A stretch of DNA of 64,000 nt from Candidatus Taylorbacteria bacterium RIFCSPLOWO2_01_FULL_48_100 (GTDB taxonomy: Bacteria > Patescibacteriota > Minisyncoccia > Phycocordibacterales > UBA10002), in the NCBI GenBank assembly GCA_001821135.1, contig MHSA01000021.1:3956-67955 (forward strand). The letters run 5' to 3'. Every line of letters begins with the position of its first letter. Position 1 is the stretch's first letter. This document shows positions 62,497 to 64,000 of the stretch, piece after piece. The notes beneath the pieces are model-generated. The model was not told the origin of the DNA. It saw only the letters and a program-made list of their open reading frames with translations, and did not search any database. A program made the translations under genes and the position numbers.

Positions 62497-64000
62497 AAAA
62501 TTATTTTATTGCAAAAAACTTTTCGGTCTTCATCGGCGTCATAGCCGCTGCGCTGTTTTTTGCAGTTGCGCCTCGTGCATTCGCGCTCTCATATTCTCCT
62601 TCAACAATATACCCTGGCACGCCCTATACTCTTTATGAGTCGGTATCAAACAGTAACGGCTCTACGATTTCGGTAACAAAAGATTGTTTCTACTGGAAAA
62701 ACGGCGTGTATGGCGGCTCATGGAGCCATGAAGTGCTCAGCGTTCCTTCATCGGGCGCGACCGCAACCTGCTCAAGTACGGGCGACACTGCGGGGAGCGC
62801 GATGTCCTTTCAGATGAACATTTGGCGGCCCAATTACAACGGCAGTGTTTCGTGGGGTACCACTGGGTTTACCGTTCAATCCCCTCCTGTTGCATCTGTC
62901 TCTATAAGCGGCCCATCTCCGGTTTCGTATGGCGGAGGAAGTTATCTTACCGTTACCCCCACAAACGCTTACGGCTGTTCTGTGTCTGGTCCAGGATATT
63001 GGGCATACAATAATGTTTGGTGGACTGGAAGTTTGTATTCTGATACATCCTTCACCGCTTCATGTACGGCAAGTTATGGCGCGACAGGAAGCCCCACCGC
63101 GAGTTTTACCGTGCGCGTTACTCCGCCGCCGCCTTCTACCTACAATCTTTCAACATCTATAGCGAGCGGTTCTGGTAGTATTTCTTGTAACGGCAGTTCG
63201 TGCGCGTCTTCTTACTCCGCCAACACCTCACTTACACTCACCGCGTCTCCTTCATCTGGTTACACATTCGGCGGCTGGGGCGGCGCGTGTTCTGGAACTG
63301 GCTCTTGCTCGCTCACCATGAACACGAATAAAACCGTGAGCGCGAGTTTTGTGCAGCAGCCGTTTAACTATTCGTTAAGCGCGTCTGCAAACATTTCAGT
63401 AACCGCAGGCAGTAGCGGTTCAAACATTATCACACGCACGCTCACCTCCGGCATTACGCAATCGGTTGCTCTTTCAGCCTCCATATCACCAAGTACAGGT
63501 AGCATTACTCTCTTTTTCGCGAATAACCCCGCGAACCCGAGCTACGGTAGCGCGCTAACAGTAAGCACTGCGCGCGGGACGCCGCCAGGATCCTATACCA
63601 TTACTGTGACGGGCTCGCCGCTCGGCAAGACAACTTCTTTTAGTTTGGCGGTGTCGCCTCCAGCAATGCCGAATCTTACCGCGAGCCAGTATTGGATAGC
63701 CGGCACCAAAATGAACGGCCAGCAGAACTTTGAGGCAGGCACGACACTTACAGATGTGGTGCGCGTGACCAACACTGGCGGCGCGGATGCAAATAGTTTG
63801 TTTGTGTATTTACAGCGCGGTACGAATACGGCGAATATGGCGGATATTTCGGGTGCAACAGCGACTTACGAAACACTGTTGCATACCACTCCGCAAAACG
63901 CCATAAATATACCAGTTAGCGCGGAATTTCCCACCGGCACATGGCTGGTGCGTGCGTGCGTGAGGCACAACGATACGCCATTTGATGCGAACGGTAATTT
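62493..64000 (+). CDS. Large secreted Ser/Thr/Gly-rich surface protein with a Listeria-Bacteroides-repeat-like segment; truncated by the window's right edge
   Basis: My own translation: MKNYFIAKNFSVFIGVIAAALFFAVAPRAFALSYSPSTIYPGTPYTLYESVSNSNG… with …SSGYTFGGWGGACSGTGSCSLTMNTNKTVSASF (GYxFxGW repeat). The frame has no stop inside the window. The start overlaps the preceding stop (ATGA). Confidence 0.5.
   Translation, partial: MKNYFIAKNFSVFIGVIAAALFFAVAPRAFALSYSPSTIYPGTPYTLYESVSNSNGSTISVTKDCFYWKNGVYGGSWSHEVLSVPSSGATATCSSTGDTAGSAMSFQMNIWRPNYNGSVSWGTTGFTVQSPPVASVSISGPSPVSYGGGSYLTVTPTNAYGCSVSGPGYWAYNNVWWTGSLYSDTSFTASCTASYGATGSPTASFTVRVTPPPPSTYNLSTSIASGSGSISCNGSSCASSYSANTSLTLTASPSSGYTFGGWGGACSGTGSCSLTMNTNKTVSASFVQQPFNYSLSASANISVTAGSSGSNIITRTLTSGITQSVALSASISPSTGSITLFFANNPANPSYGSALTVSTARGTPPGSYTITVTGSPLGKTTSFSLAVSPPAMPNLTASQYWIAGTKMNGQQNFEAGTTLTDVVRVTNTGGADANSLFVYLQRGTNTANMADISGATATYETLLHTTPQNAINIPVSAEFPTGTWLVRACVRHNDTPFDANGN

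Noticed and set aside
1-64000. CRISPR arrays, transposases, site-specific recombinases and reverse transcriptases
   Set aside because: None seen. All direct-repeat arrays found (R2, R3, the 12-bp tandem) lack the regular repeat-spacer periodicity of CRISPR, and no cas, IS or integrase-like ORFs are present.

Overview
This 64-kb window looks like a chromosomal segment from a small-genome bacterium. It is gene-dense with short intergenic spacers, and the gene content suggests a Candidate Phyla Radiation / Patescibacteria-type organism (my inference). It contains the replication-origin neighbourhood. A partial tyrS sits at the left edge. Then come a FemAB-family gene and a class A PBP on the + strand. 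dnaN and dnaA follow on the - strand with a candidate oriC between them, and rpmH-rnpA-yidC-jag diverge from dnaA on the + strand. Positions 9.9-21.2 kb carry a co-oriented minus-strand locus with type IV secretion-like components. These are a VirB4/TraC-family ATPase, a VirB6/TrbL-like polytopic membrane protein, a possible VirB3/PrgI-like protein, a possible pilin-like protein and several secreted proteins. No coupling protein or relaxase is visible. The rest is housekeeping: rsmA, uvrD/pcrA, comM, pnp (apparently lacking an S1 domain), rpsO, cca, yraN, nth, HU, rny, clpP, a membrane H+-pyrophosphatase, nusA, a DnaQ-like exonuclease and four tRNAs. These are interspersed with defence or toxin-like modules: hicAB, a solo mazF-like gene, two paralogous small-protein + nucleotidyltransferase pairs, an ORF6N gene and a GxxExxY gene. 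The most striking feature is a set of four unrelated repeat families. (1) A ~100-110 bp imperfect palindrome built from tandem ~9-nt TACGAAT/TACCAAT units occurs at least 14 times. It sits between every gene of the T4SS-like locus and directly upstream of rsmA, comM, HU and nusA. It often supplies the stop codon of the upstream gene, and one copy is split around a GxxExxY gene. (2) A ~120 bp cassette bounded by the inverted termini CCCGTTAGAAGC / GCTTCTAACGGG abuts the ATG of four genes. (3) A GC-rich, multi-hairpin ~130 bp repeat is present in four copies. (4) An AATGTCCTTTA iteron-like array occurs three times around cca and the tRNAs, including an in-frame insertion inside cca. I found no CRISPR array, integrase or transposase.
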